A stretch of DNA of 64,000 nt from an uncultured bacterium (GTDB taxonomy: Bacteria > SAR324 > NAC60-12). Position numbers and translations under genes: made by a program. The notes below the pieces were generated by a model. That model was not told the origin of the DNA, ran no database searches, and was given only the letters and a program-made list of their open reading frames with translations. Where the stretch lies: assembly GCA_965662235.1 (NCBI GenBank), contig CBFIGY010000007.1:1-64000 (forward strand), written 5' to 3'. Positions 40,482-51,033 of the stretch are shown here, in pieces; the stretch's first letter is position 1, and every line of letters starts with the position of its first letter.

Positions 40482-42319
40482 CAACCTTCCGGCTGCAGCG
40501 CAGGAGAGGAAGACGCCTGCTTGAGCATCTCGTCAATACGCGAGCCGTCGATGATCTCTTCTTCCAGCAGCGTCTGAGCCACTTGGTGCAGCACCTCAAT
40601 GTTGTCCTGCAGCAGCTGTTTGGCGAGGTCGTAGTGGTGTTGCACCAGCTGCCGGATCTCCCGGTCAATCTCAGTCGCCGTCTCGTCGCTGTATTCCCGG
40701 TCCATGCGCATGTCCCGGCCGAAGATGTCGTGAGACTCGTCGCTGCCGAGAACAATGGGACCGAAGATGTCACTCATGCCCCAGCGCATGATCATGTTGC
40801 GGGCCATGTCGGTGGCCTGCTGAATGTCGTTGCTGGCACCTGTGGTGATCTCATTGAAGATGATCTCTTCTGCGGCGCGTCCGCCCATTGCGGTGGCAAT
40901 GCGGTGGCTGAGGTACTGTCGGTCGTAACTCCGGTTGTCGTTTTCCGGAAGGTATGAGGTCACCCCCATGGCGCGTCCACGCGGCACAATGGTCACCTTG
41001 TGGACAGGGTCCGTATTGGGCAGCAGTGCGGAGACCATGGCGTGTCCGGCTTCGTGGTACGCCGTGGTCCTCTTCTCCTTCTCATTCATCACCATGGAGC
41101 GGCGCTCCGGGCCCATGAGGACCTTGTCGCGGGCCCACTCGAAGTCGGTCAGTGCCAGAGACGTCTTGTTGTGCCGGGCGGCTCCGAGGGCGGCTTCGTT
41201 CACCAAATTTTTCAGGTCGGCACCGGAGAATCCCGGAGTGCCCTTGGCGACCACGGAGAGGTCAACCCCTTCCGCCATCTGTACCTTGGAAGCATGGATC
41301 TTGAGGATCTCCTCCCGTCCCCGCACATCTGGCAGCGGGACGTGGACCTGGCGGTCGAAGCGTCCGGGACGCATGAGCGCAGGGTCGAGGACGTCCGGAC
41401 GGTTGGTCGCCGCAATCACAATGATGCCTTCGGTCGCATCAAAGCCGTCCATTTCCACCAGCAGCTGGTTGAGGGTCTGCTCGCGTTCGTCGTTGCCGCT
41501 GCCCAGTCCGGCGCCTCGGCTTCGGCCTACCGCGTCGATTTCGTCAATGAAGACAATGCAGGGCGCGTTGCGGCGGGCTTCTTCAAACAGGTCCCGAACC
41601 CGGCTGGCCCCGACGCCGACAAACATTTCCACAAAGTCAGAACCGCTCATGCTGAAGAAGGGCACTCCTGCTTCCCCAGCCACGGCTTTGGCCAGCAGCG
41701 TCTTTCCGGTTCCCGGAGACCCGGACATCAGCATTCCCTTTGGAATGCGGCCTCCCAGTTTGCGGAACTTGGCAGGGTCTCGAAGGAACTCAATGGTCTC
41801 ATAGAGTTCTTCCTTGGCCTCTTGCACCCCGGCAACGTTTTCAAAGGTGATCTGCAGCTGGTCGGGCTCGATCTTGTTGGCCTTGTTGCGTCCCAAGGAA
41901 AACATCTTCCCGGCGCCTCCGGATCCCTGCATGCGTCGCATCAGGAGGATCCAGATGCCGAAGATCAGCAGGAACGGTCCCCAGTGAATGAAGAGGCTGA
42001 GGTACCACGGCAGCCCGGGTTCCGGCATGTAGTTGAACTGCACTCCGTTCTGCCGCAGCATGTCCACCACTCCCGGATGCTCCGGAGGAACATAGGTGCG
42101 GTAGGGATTGCCATCGGCCAGGACGCCTTCAATGCGGGAATCTCCGATCATCTGCGCGTTGATGACTTCACCGGAGAGGACCGAGTTGCGGAAGTCGCTG
42201 TAAATGATTTCGTTCATGCGTTGGCCCGAGGAGGAGCCATTGAACATGTTCACAAGGAACAAGGAGAGGACCAAGACGCTGAGGATGATCAGCAGGTTCT
42301 CACTTTTGAATCCCTTCAT
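40481..42319 (-). CDS. ftsH: ATP-dependent zinc metalloprotease FtsH
   Basis: Two TM helices; [27 protein letters not shown]. Confidence 0.97.
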   Translation of the reverse strand: MKGFKSENLLIILSVLVLSLFLVNMFNGSSSGQRMNEIIYSDFRNSVLSGEVINAQMIGDSRIEGVLADGNPYRTYVPPEHPGVVDMLRQNGVQFNYMPEPGLPWYLSLFIHWGPFLLIFGIWILLMRRMQGSGGAGKMFSLGRNKANKIEPDQLQITFENVAGVQEAKEELYETIEFLRDPAKFRKLGGRIPKGMLMSGSPGTGKTLLAKAVAGEAGVPFFSMSGSDFVEMFVGVGASRVRDLFEEARRNAPCIVFIDEIDAVGRSRGAGLGSGNDEREQTLNQLLVEMDGFDATEGIIVIAATNRPDVLDPALMRPGRFDRQVHVPLPDVRGREEILKIHASKVQMAEGVDLSVVAKGTPGFSGADLKNLVNEAALGAARHNKTSLALTDFEWARDKVLMGPERRSMVMNEKEKRTTAYHEAGHAMVSALLPNTDPVHKVTIVPRGRAMGVTSYLPENDNRSYDRQYLSHRIATAMGGRAAEEIIFNEITTGASNDIQQATDMARNMIMRWGMSDIFGPIVLGSDESHDIFGRDMRMDREYSDETATEIDREIRQLVQHHYDLAKQLLQDNIEVLHQVAQTLLEEEIIDGSRIDEMLKQASSSPALQPEG

Positions 42320-42572
42320 TTGGTTCAGTCCGAAAGTTTTGCAGGAATCCACCGTCGTCAGGTGGTCTTTTTCATTTGGCTTCTTACCTTAACACAGCCC
42401 TTATCAGGGATTAAGCTAAAAAATGCTGCGAAGTTGTTACGAATGCTGCTAGGCCGAGGCATTTTTCTCGGCATCGCTCAGGGAAAAACCGTTCCCTTAG
42501 GGAAACCGGACCGCGCGGAAACCCCGAGACCAGAAAAAGCACGGCCTGTGGACGCCTTGGCGACGGTTAGGA

Positions 42573-42601
42573 TTGCCCCTGACAGAAGGGAATCGTATTC
42601 T
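42573..42601 (+). promoter_or_regulatory. Sigma70-like promoter for DUF1289-MATE
   Basis: TTGCCC-17 bp-TATTCT. Confidence 0.45.
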
Positions 42602-42671
42602 GAAGTGTTGCGCCGCCTCAGCTGCCCAAACCCTGCTTTCCTGAAACAACGCCAACCTGAGAGTCAAGCAC

Positions 42672-42851
42672 GTGAAGATTTCCAGCCCCTGCATCCGCCA
42701 GTGCTCCCTCGATGAAACCCGGCACTGCCGAGGGTGCGGACGCTCCTTGGAAGAGATTGCCCGCTGGTCGGAAATGACTCCTGCGGAGCGGCATCAGGTG
42801 ATGCAGCGGCTGGCCAAGCGAGGTCCGGATCAGGCTCAAGGGGTGGCATGA
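42672..42851 (+). CDS. DUF1289 family small Cys-rich protein (59 aa, below the ORF-track cutoff)
   Basis: Manual translation: MKISSPCIRQCSLDETRHCRGCGRSLEEIARWSEMTPAERHQVMQRLAKRGPDQAQGVA; ATGA overlap with the MATE gene. Confidence 0.85.
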   Translation: MKISSPCIRQCSLDETRHCRGCGRSLEEIARWSEMTPAERHQVMQRLAKRGPDQAQGVA

Positions 42852-44239
42852 GCCGGATGGTGGCGTTTGGACAGGAAGCCCGGGAGATGCTGCGCATCGG
42901 GTTTCCCGTGATCGTCTCGCAGGTCCTGATGATGTCCATGCAGTTTGTGGACACGGTCATGTCCGGAAATGTCAGCCCCAACGACCTGGCGGCGATTGCG
43001 ACCGCCAGCGCACTTTACCACCCCGTTTTCTGCTTGGTGATTGGAGTCCTGCTCGCCATTACGCCGATTGTGGCGCAGCTCGATGGCGCCCGGAAGTGGA
43101 AGCGCATTGGCCCCAGCGTCCGGCAGGGCATTGGAGTGAGCCTAGTGCTGGCGGTGCTGAGCCTCTTCCTGCTTCCAAACCTGGAGCCCCTGCTCCTGTA
43201 CATGGATTATGCGCCCGAGGTGATTCGCATCACCGACGGCTACTTGGAGGCGCTCTGCTGGGGGCTTCCTGCCGCCTACCTCTTTTTGGCGCTCAAGCAC
43301 TTCCTAGAGGGGCTCGGCATCACGCGTCCGAACATGATCATTCATGTGCTGGGACTGGGGGCCAACGTTTTAGGAAACTACACCCTCATCTTCGGACACT
43401 TTGGCTTTCCCCGCTTGGGGGCTGTGGGGGCAGGGTGGACCACGGCGCTGGTGCACTGGGTCATGCTGGTGGCCCTAGTGGTTTACATCCTCCGGGCAAA
43501 GCGTCTCGAGTCCCTGAAGGTGCTGACGCACTGGGAAAGGCCACGTTGGGGGTACTGGCGAGAGATTCTGAAGATCGGCGTTCCCAGCGGACTCAGCCTG
43601 GCCGCGGAAGTGGGCATGTTTGCCATGATTGCGCTGCTGATGGGAACGTATGGGGTGACTGCGCTGGCGGCTCACCAGGTTGCGGTCAATGTGGCGGCGA
43701 TTACGTTCATGATTCCGCTTGGCCTGTCAGCGGCGATCACCAGTCGAGTGGGGCAGGCGGCGGGGCGTCGCAACTGGGAGGCGGTCCGGTTCCGTGGACG
43801 GGTAGGAATCCTGCTCAGCGTGGCGATCATGGTGGTCACGGCGAGCGGCTTTTTGCTCTTTCCGGAGGCGATCACGTCGCTGTACACGCAGGACACCGAG
43901 GTCCGGATGCTGGCGGTGCAGATGCTGGCGATGGCTGCGCTGTTTCAGTTTTCAGACGGCCTGCAGATTTCAGCGACCGGTGCCCTCCGGGGCCTCAAGG
44001 ACACTCGGGTGCCGATGATCAGCAACCTGCTTGCCTACTGGGGCGTTGGGCTCACGCTGGCGTATGGCCTGGGGTTCATCTGGAAGGCAGGGGCGATCAG
44101 CATGTGGTGGGGAATGGTGGCCGGACTCTCAACGGCGGCGTTGCTGCACAACCTCCGCTTTTATCAACTTTCCCGTCGCTTGGGAACGCGACCTCACCCA
44201 CCTCTGGCTCCTCTCGCCTCTGAGGCCGCTCCTTCGTAA
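42848..44239 (+). CDS. MATE family efflux transporter (NorM/MdtK-like)
   Basis: FVDTVMSG, LAAHQVA, FMIPLGLS, FQFSDGLQ..GALRGLKDT; about 12 TM helices. Confidence 0.92.
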   Translation: MSRMVAFGQEAREMLRIGFPVIVSQVLMMSMQFVDTVMSGNVSPNDLAAIATASALYHPVFCLVIGVLLAITPIVAQLDGARKWKRIGPSVRQGIGVSLVLAVLSLFLLPNLEPLLLYMDYAPEVIRITDGYLEALCWGLPAAYLFLALKHFLEGLGITRPNMIIHVLGLGANVLGNYTLIFGHFGFPRLGAVGAGWTTALVHWVMLVALVVYILRAKRLESLKVLTHWERPRWGYWREILKIGVPSGLSLAAEVGMFAMIALLMGTYGVTALAAHQVAVNVAAITFMIPLGLSAAITSRVGQAAGRRNWEAVRFRGRVGILLSVAIMVVTASGFLLFPEAITSLYTQDTEVRMLAVQMLAMAALFQFSDGLQISATGALRGLKDTRVPMISNLLAYWGVGLTLAYGLGFIWKAGAISMWWGMVAGLSTAALLHNLRFYQLSRRLGTRPHPPLAPLASEAAPS

Positions 44240-44246
44240 AACGCGG

Positions 44247-44996
44247 CTACTGAGCCGTGGAAGAGGTCGCTCCGGGTAATGGAACCCGGAGGGTCTGATG
44301 CTCAAAAACGTCTCCGTTGGCGAGGTTCCGGAGGCGGAAGTCCATCCGCACATAAAAGAAACCAGCGCGAACTTCTAGAGTGACGGGAACCTGAAAGGTC
44401 CGGGAAGCCCCTTCCGGAAGCCACTGAACGTCAAACGCGGTGGGAGCCTGGAGCTGACTGCGCCACGTGTCCAACTGCACCTCAAACAGCAGGGGCTCGG
44501 TCCCCGGATTTTGAAGCGTGTAGGCTAGGCGGCCTTCCAGTTGGAACGTCTTCCCCTGCTTGCTCAGTTGGGGCTCCTGAAACTCCAAACCGGCAAGAGT
44601 CAACTGTGCCGCCTGAGGCTCATGATGCGTCAGGTAGAGACGCTGCACCGTCGCCTTCCACAGCGCCGCTCGGGTTCCGAGGTCCTCTGCCCGGACGTTG
44701 TTCAGCACCAATTCCAGGTCCTGGTCGCTGCCGATGCTGCCCAGCAGCTGCACGACCCGCCACAGGTGGTCGGGAGTCGGAGGCGCATAGACGGCTTCTC
44801 GGAGAACAGGAAGGCCCCACTCCGGGTGCTCCAGAAACGCCGAGGTCGCCTGCAGACGCTTGGCCAGGAGGGGCGAGTTCAGCTCCTGCAGGTACTGAGT
44901 CCGGAGCCGCTCTCGAAAGATTTCCTCAAAGTGCGCTGAGGCGTTTCCGGACACAAGCAGCAACGCCAGGCTCATCCACCACCACCGAACCATCAT
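44247..44996 (-). CDS. Exported hypothetical protein (HEAT-like N-terminal part, beta-rich C-terminal part)
   Basis: Signal peptide ending ASA; ATGA-coupled to the GT4 gene. Confidence 0.65.
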   Translation of the reverse strand: MMVRWWWMSLALLLVSGNASAHFEEIFRERLRTQYLQELNSPLLAKRLQATSAFLEHPEWGLPVLREAVYAPPTPDHLWRVVQLLGSIGSDQDLELVLNNVRAEDLGTRAALWKATVQRLYLTHHEPQAAQLTLAGLEFQEPQLSKQGKTFQLEGRLAYTLQNPGTEPLLFEVQLDTWRSQLQAPTAFDVQWLPEGASRTFQVPVTLEVRAGFFYVRMDFRLRNLANGDVFEHQTLRVPLPGATSSTAQ

Positions 44997-46144
44997 GCTG
45001 CCAGCTGAGAGGTCTGCTGCGCCTGCCACTGCTGGTAGCCAAAGGCAATGGCTGCGAGCATCTGTTCCTTGTAGCGCTCCCGGCCGAACCGGGACGTGTT
45101 CTGCTCAAAGGCCTCTTGACGGAACTCGTGGTGCCGGGCTTCCATTTCCTCAATGCCCGCACAGAGGGCGTCCACGCTCTGGACGTCAAAGAAGATTCCG
45201 GTCTGTTCCGTAACGGTCTCCAGCGCTCCGCCGGCAGCATAGGCCAAAACGGGGGTGCCACAGGCCTGTGCTTCCAGCGGAGTGATGCCAAAGTCGTCTT
45301 CGCCCGGAAAGACAAAGGCCCGGGCCTGCTGATAGAGTGCCAGCAGTTCTGAAGACTCAAGCTCGCCCAAAAACTCAATGGTGGGTCCGGCGATGCCACG
45401 GCAGTACTCCTCATCCTGCCCCTTGCCCACAATCTTCAACGGCAGCTCCATCCGGTTGAACGCCTCAATGGCCAGATCCACGCGCTTGTTGGGAGCAAAC
45501 GCGCCGATCATCAGGTAAAAGTCCTGCTTCTCTGATCCGGGCTGAAAGTGATCCACATCAACTGGAGGATGAATGACCTGGGCCTCACGTCCGTAATACT
45601 CGCGGATCTTGCGCCGAACGTTGCGGCTGTTGCAGAGGTACGTGTGCACCCGGTCAGCCGTGTTGCGGTCCCAGCGCTTGAGGTAGGGGCGCACCAGTTC
45701 AGCGGCCATGCGGACAGAAGGAGACGTGCGTGGAGTCCGGAAGTAGGTGTCAAAGGCATCCCAGACGTAGCGCATGGGCGCATGGACGTAGGAGATGTGA
45801 TACGTGTGGGGGCCCGGACGAGCGCTCTTGGCAACACAGTGGCTGGTGCTGATGATGAGGTCGTATTGGTCAAACTTGAACGCCTCGATGGCCTTCGGGA
45901 GGATGGGGAGGAAGTGCCGGTAGTGGCTGATGCCGTATGGCATGTACTGGACGAAGGAGGTCCGGATGTCCATCTGCTCAATGGTGGGCGAAAGCCGGCC
46001 CCGCTGGTGGATGAGGGTGTACAGGGGCGCTTCCGGGAACAGCTCGCAGAGCACCTCCAGGCACTTTTCTCCGCCCCGCATGCCGTTGAGCCAGTCGTGC
46101 ACCAGAGCGATGCGACGTCCCTTCAATACGCTGGGTTGCGTCAT
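44993..46144 (-). CDS. Glycosyltransferase family 4
   Basis: ALVHDWL..RGGEK, IHPPVD, NKRVDLAI, DDFGITPLEAQACG. Confidence 0.92.
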   Translation of the reverse strand: MTQPSVLKGRRIALVHDWLNGMRGGEKCLEVLCELFPEAPLYTLIHQRGRLSPTIEQMDIRTSFVQYMPYGISHYRHFLPILPKAIEAFKFDQYDLIISTSHCVAKSARPGPHTYHISYVHAPMRYVWDAFDTYFRTPRTSPSVRMAAELVRPYLKRWDRNTADRVHTYLCNSRNVRRKIREYYGREAQVIHPPVDVDHFQPGSEKQDFYLMIGAFAPNKRVDLAIEAFNRMELPLKIVGKGQDEEYCRGIAGPTIEFLGELESSELLALYQQARAFVFPGEDDFGITPLEAQACGTPVLAYAAGGALETVTEQTGIFFDVQSVDALCAGIEEMEARHHEFRQEAFEQNTSRFGRERYKEQMLAAIAFGYQQWQAQQTSQLAA

Positions 46145-46839
46145 GTGGTGAATTGCGGTTGCTGCTGAAGCCACGCAGGGAGGGCTTCAAGGTTAGGGAG
46201 TTGTGCAAAGCGCTCGTGTTGCGGCGGCTCCGCGTGTTCATGGGCCCAGGTGAGCTCATACGGAACGTGCACCGCGTGACCGCCAATTTCCAGCACCGGC
46301 AGGATGTCGGAGCGGAGGGAGTTTCCCACCATCAGGAAGCGTTCTGGCGCGACCTGGTGCTTGGTCAGCAGGCGCTGATACGTCGCGGGGTCCTTTTCCC
46401 GGACGATCTCAACGTCCTGAAAGCGTTCAGCGAGTCCGGAGCGTGCGATCTTGATTTCTTGGTCAAACAGGTCGCCTTTGGTGATCAGCATGAGCCGATA
46501 CTGTGGCGCCACGGCCTCCAGCACCTCCGCCACTCCGGGCAGGAGTTCCAGGGGAGAGTTCTGCATCTCCTTGCCGAAGTCGAGGATCTGCTTGATCTCA
46601 CTCCCGCTGATCTCTCCTTGAGTCAGCTCCACCGCGGTTTCAACCATAGAAAGGACAAATCCCTTGATGCCGTAGCCGAAGTACTGGAGGTTCTTCTTTT
46701 CCGTGGCATAGAGGGTCTGGTCCACCACCTCGGGATGGTAGGCATTGAGGATGCTCTGGAACCGCTCCTGCGTCCAGGAAAACAGACGCTCATTGTGCCA
46801 CAGGGTGTCATCGGCATCAAAGGCCAGAACATCAATCAT
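46141..46839 (-). CDS. HAD-superfamily hydrolase
   Basis: FDADDTLW, LITKGD, MVGNSLRSD. Confidence 0.9.
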   Translation of the reverse strand: MIDVLAFDADDTLWHNERLFSWTQERFQSILNAYHPEVVDQTLYATEKKNLQYFGYGIKGFVLSMVETAVELTQGEISGSEIKQILDFGKEMQNSPLELLPGVAEVLEAVAPQYRLMLITKGDLFDQEIKIARSGLAERFQDVEIVREKDPATYQRLLTKHQVAPERFLMVGNSLRSDILPVLEIGGHAVHVPYELTWAHEHAEPPQHERFAQLPNLEALPAWLQQQPQFTT

Positions 46840-46848
46840 GCATCCCCC

Positions 46849-47493
46849 TCAGAGGAGGGGCTTGAGGTACTCGGCCACGGTTTCGCTGATGATCTGGTGC
46901 CCTTCGGGGTTGGGATGAATGCCATCGGAGATGTTTTTGTCGGGAACCCCTCCCACGTCCTTCAGCAGAAAGGGGATGAGGGCGACCTGGTGGGTGTCAG
47001 CGACCTCCGGGAAGGCTTCCCGGAAGTCGACCGTGTACTCGGGTCCGTAATTCAGTGGCATCTGCATGCCGGCCAGAAGCACCTTCATGCCCTGCTCCTG
47101 AGCAAAGCGGATGGTGGCTCCCAGGTTTTCCTTCATCTTGTCCACACTCAGGCCTCGGAGGCCATCGTTTGCGCCGAGGGCAAGGATGAGGACATCGGCC
47201 TGAGCGCGGGCGTACCAGCGGAGGCGTCCGAGGGCGCTGGCACTGGTGGAACCGCTGATGCCTGCGTTGACGATTTCCACATCGTAGCCTTGCTCCAGCA
47301 GGGCCTGTTCTAGCAGGAAGGGCCAAGCTTCTTCTTTTTCCACGCCGTATCCTTCGGTGAGGGAGTCTCCGAGGGCCAGCACCTTCACAGACGCCTGCGC
47401 TGGGCCTGCCCAGGAGAGCAGAAGAAGCAATCCGGCTCCCAGAAGGAGGGAGCCGAAGGGGTTAGATTTTTGCGCTGAGTTCCTTGATTTCAT
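46849..47493 (-). CDS. tesA: Arylesterase / acyl-CoA thioesterase I (SGNH/GDSL)
   Basis: Signal peptide; GDSL, NAGISG, GANDG, DGIHPN. Start approximate. Confidence 0.9.
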   Translation of the reverse strand: MKSRNSAQKSNPFGSLLLGAGLLLLLSWAGPAQASVKVLALGDSLTEGYGVEKEEAWPFLLEQALLEQGYDVEIVNAGISGSTSASALGRLRWYARAQADVLILALGANDGLRGLSVDKMKENLGATIRFAQEQGMKVLLAGMQMPLNYGPEYTVDFREAFPEVADTHQVALIPFLLKDVGGVPDKNISDGIHPNPEGHQIISETVAEYLKPLL

Positions 47494-49102
47494 GGTTGAG
47501 GATCCGGTCGTTGTCAGAGTAATCCACCGGCAACTCAATGACATGCACCCCATGGGTGTTGTGGCAGTGCTCCAGAAGCGGCAAGAACTCCTCGGTGCTG
47601 CCAACGCGATGTCCAATGGCGCCGTAAGCTTCTGCATACTTGACAAAATCCGGGTTGCCGAACTGAAGCCCAAAGTCCTCAAAGTTCATGTTGGCCTGCT
47701 TCCAGCGGATCATCCCATAGGAGTCATCGCGCAGAATGAGCACAACCACATGCATGTTGAGGCGGACGGCGGTTTCGAGCTCCTGGGAGTTCATCATGAA
47801 CCCGCCGTCTCCACAGATTGCCATGACCTTGCGGTCCGGATGGACCATCTTCGCACCCATTGCCGAGGGCAGTCCGGCGCCCATGGTCGCCAGGGCATTG
47901 TCCAGTAACACCGTATTTTGCTGGTAAGCAGCATAATTACGGGCAAACCAGATTTTGTAAACCCCATTGTCCAGACAGATGATGCCATCATCGGGCATGG
48001 CCTTACGGACATCGGCCACCATCCGTTGCGGTTTCATGGGGAAACCCGGATCGTCGGACCCTTCCTGGACATGCGCATCCATGGCCGCCTTGACGGTCTT
48101 GAAGTAGCTGAAGTCCCAGTGCTGCTGCGGAACAAGGTGTTCCTTGATCTGCCAGATTGAGTTGGCAATGTCGCCAATGACTTCATGCTGCGGGTAGTAA
48201 ACAGGGTCGACTTCAGCGCCGTAGAAGTTGATGTGAATGACGGTGGGGGTGTTGTTCTCCATGAAGAACGGAGGCTTCTCCACGTCATCGTGGCCGACGT
48301 TGAGGATCAGGTCCGCCTGCGCCACTGCCCGGTGCACGAAGTCACCTGCAGAGAGAGCCGCGTTGCCCAAGAAGAGCGGGTCTCGCTCATCCAGAACACC
48401 TTTGCCCATCTGGGTTGAAATAAACGGCATGCCGGTCGCGTCCACCAGTTCCCGGAGCATCTTCGAGGTCATCTTGCGGTTGGCACCAGCGCCAATGCAG
48501 AGCAGCGGGTGCTTGGCCTGCTCAATCATCTTGACGGCTTGAGCGATCGCCTTTTCTTCAGCAATCGGACGTCGAGCCCGGGTGGGTTCAATCACATGCG
48601 TCACCGCGTCTTCTGCCGCAACGTCTTCCGGAAGCTCAAGGTGGGCAGCGCCCGGACGCTCTTCCTGCATCACACGGAAGGCCTCTCGAACCCGAGCCGG
48701 GATGTTGTTGCCGCTGACGATCTGGTGCGTGAATTTGGTGAGCGGCTTCATCATTTCCACCACGTCTAGGATCTGAAACTTACCCTGCTTGCTGTGCTTG
48801 ACGGGTTTTTGTCCGGTGATCAGCAGCAGCGGAAAACCGGCCAGCTGAGCATAGGCTGAAGCCGTGACCAGGTTGGTGGCGCCCGGGCCCAGGGTGGACA
48901 TCGCCACACCCGGTTTGCCGGTCAAGCGTCCGTAGGTGGCTGCCATAAAGCCTGCCCCTTGCTCATGTCGAGTCAGAACCAGCTGAATCTTAGAGCCCTT
49001 GAGGGAGTTCAGCAGGTCGAGGTTTTCTTCTCCGGGGATGCCAAAGATGTGCTCAACACCTTCGGCTTCAAGAGCTTGAACGAGCAGGTCGGATGCTTTC
49101 AT
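47462..49102 (-). CDS. Acetolactate synthase large-subunit family (TPP) enzyme
   Basis: FGIPGEENL, RHEQGAGF, GPGATN, GDGGFMMN TPP motif; no small subunit adjacent. Confidence 0.9.
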   Translation of the reverse strand: MKASDLLVQALEAEGVEHIFGIPGEENLDLLNSLKGSKIQLVLTRHEQGAGFMAATYGRLTGKPGVAMSTLGPGATNLVTASAYAQLAGFPLLLITGQKPVKHSKQGKFQILDVVEMMKPLTKFTHQIVSGNNIPARVREAFRVMQEERPGAAHLELPEDVAAEDAVTHVIEPTRARRPIAEEKAIAQAVKMIEQAKHPLLCIGAGANRKMTSKMLRELVDATGMPFISTQMGKGVLDERDPLFLGNAALSAGDFVHRAVAQADLILNVGHDDVEKPPFFMENNTPTVIHINFYGAEVDPVYYPQHEVIGDIANSIWQIKEHLVPQQHWDFSYFKTVKAAMDAHVQEGSDDPGFPMKPQRMVADVRKAMPDDGIICLDNGVYKIWFARNYAAYQQNTVLLDNALATMGAGLPSAMGAKMVHPDRKVMAICGDGGFMMNSQELETAVRLNMHVVVLILRDDSYGMIRWKQANMNFEDFGLQFGNPDFVKYAEAYGAIGHRVGSTEEFLPLLEHCHNTHGVHVIELPVDYSDNDRILNHEIKELSAKI

Positions 49103-49215
49103 AACGGTCTCATGGTGCGGTGATGGTCAGATCGGTTGAGGACGGGTTGCGTGGTTCTCTCAACAAACACAGGCGATAACTATCCTGTCCCGTGTGGTTT
49201 TTGCAAGCTAAGACC

Positions 49216-50145
49216 TCAGCAGGACTGCAGATAGGCTTCGACTTGGGCTCGCACGGGCATTGGGTTGACTGCGCCATAGCCCTGAGTGGAGAGTGCGGCG
49301 GCAGCGTTGGCATAAACGGCGGCTTCAAAAGGAGAACGTCCGGCGACCCATTCCGCCAGGAAGGCGCCATCAAAGGTGTCTCCCGCGCCGGTTGCATCGA
49401 CTGCAGCCACCGTAAAGCCGGGAATCCGCTGGCGCTCGGTAGCAGTGGCGACCCACACCCCCTCGGCCCCCAGAGTCAACGCCACCACGGAGGCGCCGAG
49501 ATTCAGGTAGAAGTCGAGAATGGCTTCGGGCTGCTCCAGACCGGTCAGCTGGATGGCATCCTCTAGTCCGGGCAACACCAGGTCACACTGTCGGACGGCC
49601 TCGTGGATCAGCGCCCGTGCGCGATTCAGCGACCACAGCTTCAGACGGAGGTTGGTGTCAAAGGACACCTTCACCCCAAGGCTCCGGGCCTCGGCCATTA
49701 GGGCAAACACGGTGTCACAGGCGCTGCTGGAGATGGCCTGACTGATTCCGGAGGTGTGGAGCATCTGGGCTCCGGTGAGGGCTTCTGGAGGAAAACTGGC
49801 AGGCGTCATGCGGCTGGCAGCGGAACCAGCACGGAGGTAACTGAATTGATGTCCGGACGCGTGGTGGGTCACAAAGTACACCCCGGTGGGCGCATCCGGA
49901 TCCTGAATGACCTGCCGAGTGTCCAACCCCTCCTGCTGCCACAACGCCTGCAACTGTTCCCCAAAGGCATCGGCGCCAATTCGGGTGAGGAGACCAACGC
50001 GAGCGCCTTGGCGCGCTGCCGCGATGGCACAGTTCGAGGTGTCGCCACCAAAGCCGGGCAGGTAGCGACCGTCGGACTGCTGGTTTAATTCCACCAGCGG
50101 CTCACCTAGGCAGAAGATCTCCGGGGTCGATGAAGCCGGAGTCAT
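49216..50145 (-). CDS. kdgK: PfkB-family sugar kinase, 2-keto-3-deoxygluconate kinase-like
   Basis: GGDTSN, SGISQAIS, DTNLRLKLW, DATGAGDTFDG. Confidence 0.8.
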   Translation of the reverse strand: MTPASSTPEIFCLGEPLVELNQQSDGRYLPGFGGDTSNCAIAAARQGARVGLLTRIGADAFGEQLQALWQQEGLDTRQVIQDPDAPTGVYFVTHHASGHQFSYLRAGSAASRMTPASFPPEALTGAQMLHTSGISQAISSSACDTVFALMAEARSLGVKVSFDTNLRLKLWSLNRARALIHEAVRQCDLVLPGLEDAIQLTGLEQPEAILDFYLNLGASVVALTLGAEGVWVATATERQRIPGFTVAAVDATGAGDTFDGAFLAEWVAGRSPFEAAVYANAAAALSTQGYGAVNPMPVRAQVEAYLQSC

Positions 50146-50927
50146 TGATACTGTTGCCATTCCAGTTTGTTCCGTTCCACCCACTTGTAGTGGTCCTTGT
50201 AGGTCAGCAGGTAAGCGGCCTCTTCATCGAGTACCACTGTCACCCGTTGGTGCATCTGCAGCACCGAAGCCGGGCACATTCCGGTCACCGGCCCCTCAAT
50301 CATGCGACGGATGGCGTCGGCCTTCTTGGCTCCTGTGGCCAGCAACAGGCACTGCCGCGCCTCCATGATGGTGGCAATCCCCATGGTGAGCACATGCCGA
50401 GGCACCCGCTCCGGGTTTTCAAAGTAAATGGCGTTGTCCCGGATGGTCTGCTCGCTGAGGATCTTCAGCCAGGTCCGGGACGCCAAGGAGCCCGTGGGTT
50501 CATTGAAGCCGATGTGCCCGTTCGAACCAATCCCCAGCACCTGAAGGTCAATGCCGCCGGCTGCAGAAATCTTGCGCTCGTACCCGCGACAGGCGTCCCG
50601 GAGGTCCTCGGACATGCCATCGGGAAGATGCACGTTGCTGGCGTCAATGTCAATGTGATCAAACAGGTTGGAGTGCATGTAGTAGTAGTAAGACCGCTCA
50701 TCCTCCCGGGGCAACCCCACATACTCGTCAAGGTTGAAGGTCTGGCAGTGCTTGAAGCTCAGCCCCTCCTCCTGATGCAGGCGCACCAACTCCTGGTACA
50801 GCCGCAACGGCGTTCCTCCCGTTGCCAACCCCAGCACCGGGCGCTCTTTTGTCCGAAGTTGACGCGTCACCACTTGAGCTGCAACGGCTGCGCAGGCCTC
50901 CGGCGTGTCCCGAATCAGAATTTCCAT
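50142..50927 (-). CDS. nagB: Glucosamine-6-phosphate deaminase
   Basis: LGLATGGTP, FNLDEYVG, GIGSNGHIGFNEP, CPASVLQMH. Confidence 0.95.
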   Translation of the reverse strand: MEILIRDTPEACAAVAAQVVTRQLRTKERPVLGLATGGTPLRLYQELVRLHQEEGLSFKHCQTFNLDEYVGLPREDERSYYYYMHSNLFDHIDIDASNVHLPDGMSEDLRDACRGYERKISAAGGIDLQVLGIGSNGHIGFNEPTGSLASRTWLKILSEQTIRDNAIYFENPERVPRHVLTMGIATIMEARQCLLLATGAKKADAIRRMIEGPVTGMCPASVLQMHQRVTVVLDEEAAYLLTYKDHYKWVERNKLEWQQYQ

Positions 50928-50944
50928 GCCCTTCCTCGTGTTAT

Positions 50945-50998
50945 TGTTATCGATAACATTGAGGGGCTCAGAATAATGGGAGTGGGCCTGGGAGTCAA
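50945..50998 (-). promoter_or_regulatory. nagB-kdgK promoter with LacI-family operator
   Basis: Minus strand TTGACT-17 bp-TATTCT (50998-50970), then perfect palindrome TGTTATCGATAACA (50945-50958). Confidence 0.75.
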
Positions 50999-51033
50999 GT
51001 AGCGGACGTGTGAAAAAATGGGGAAGGGAAGGG

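Noticed and set aside
42450..42580. Possible c-di-GMP-I riboswitch or sRNA in the ftsH-DUF1289 intergenic region
   Set aside because: Only fragments resemble the consensus (AAAGCACGGCCT...TTGCC). The GGCAAA/GNRA stem and P1 pairing are missing. An Rfam scan would settle it.
44993..46144. GT4 gene as the enzyme acting on the DNx[ST] sequons
   Set aside because: It is 40 kb away, an ordinary polysaccharide-type GT4 and not a PglB or HMW1C family member. There is no evidence of a link.
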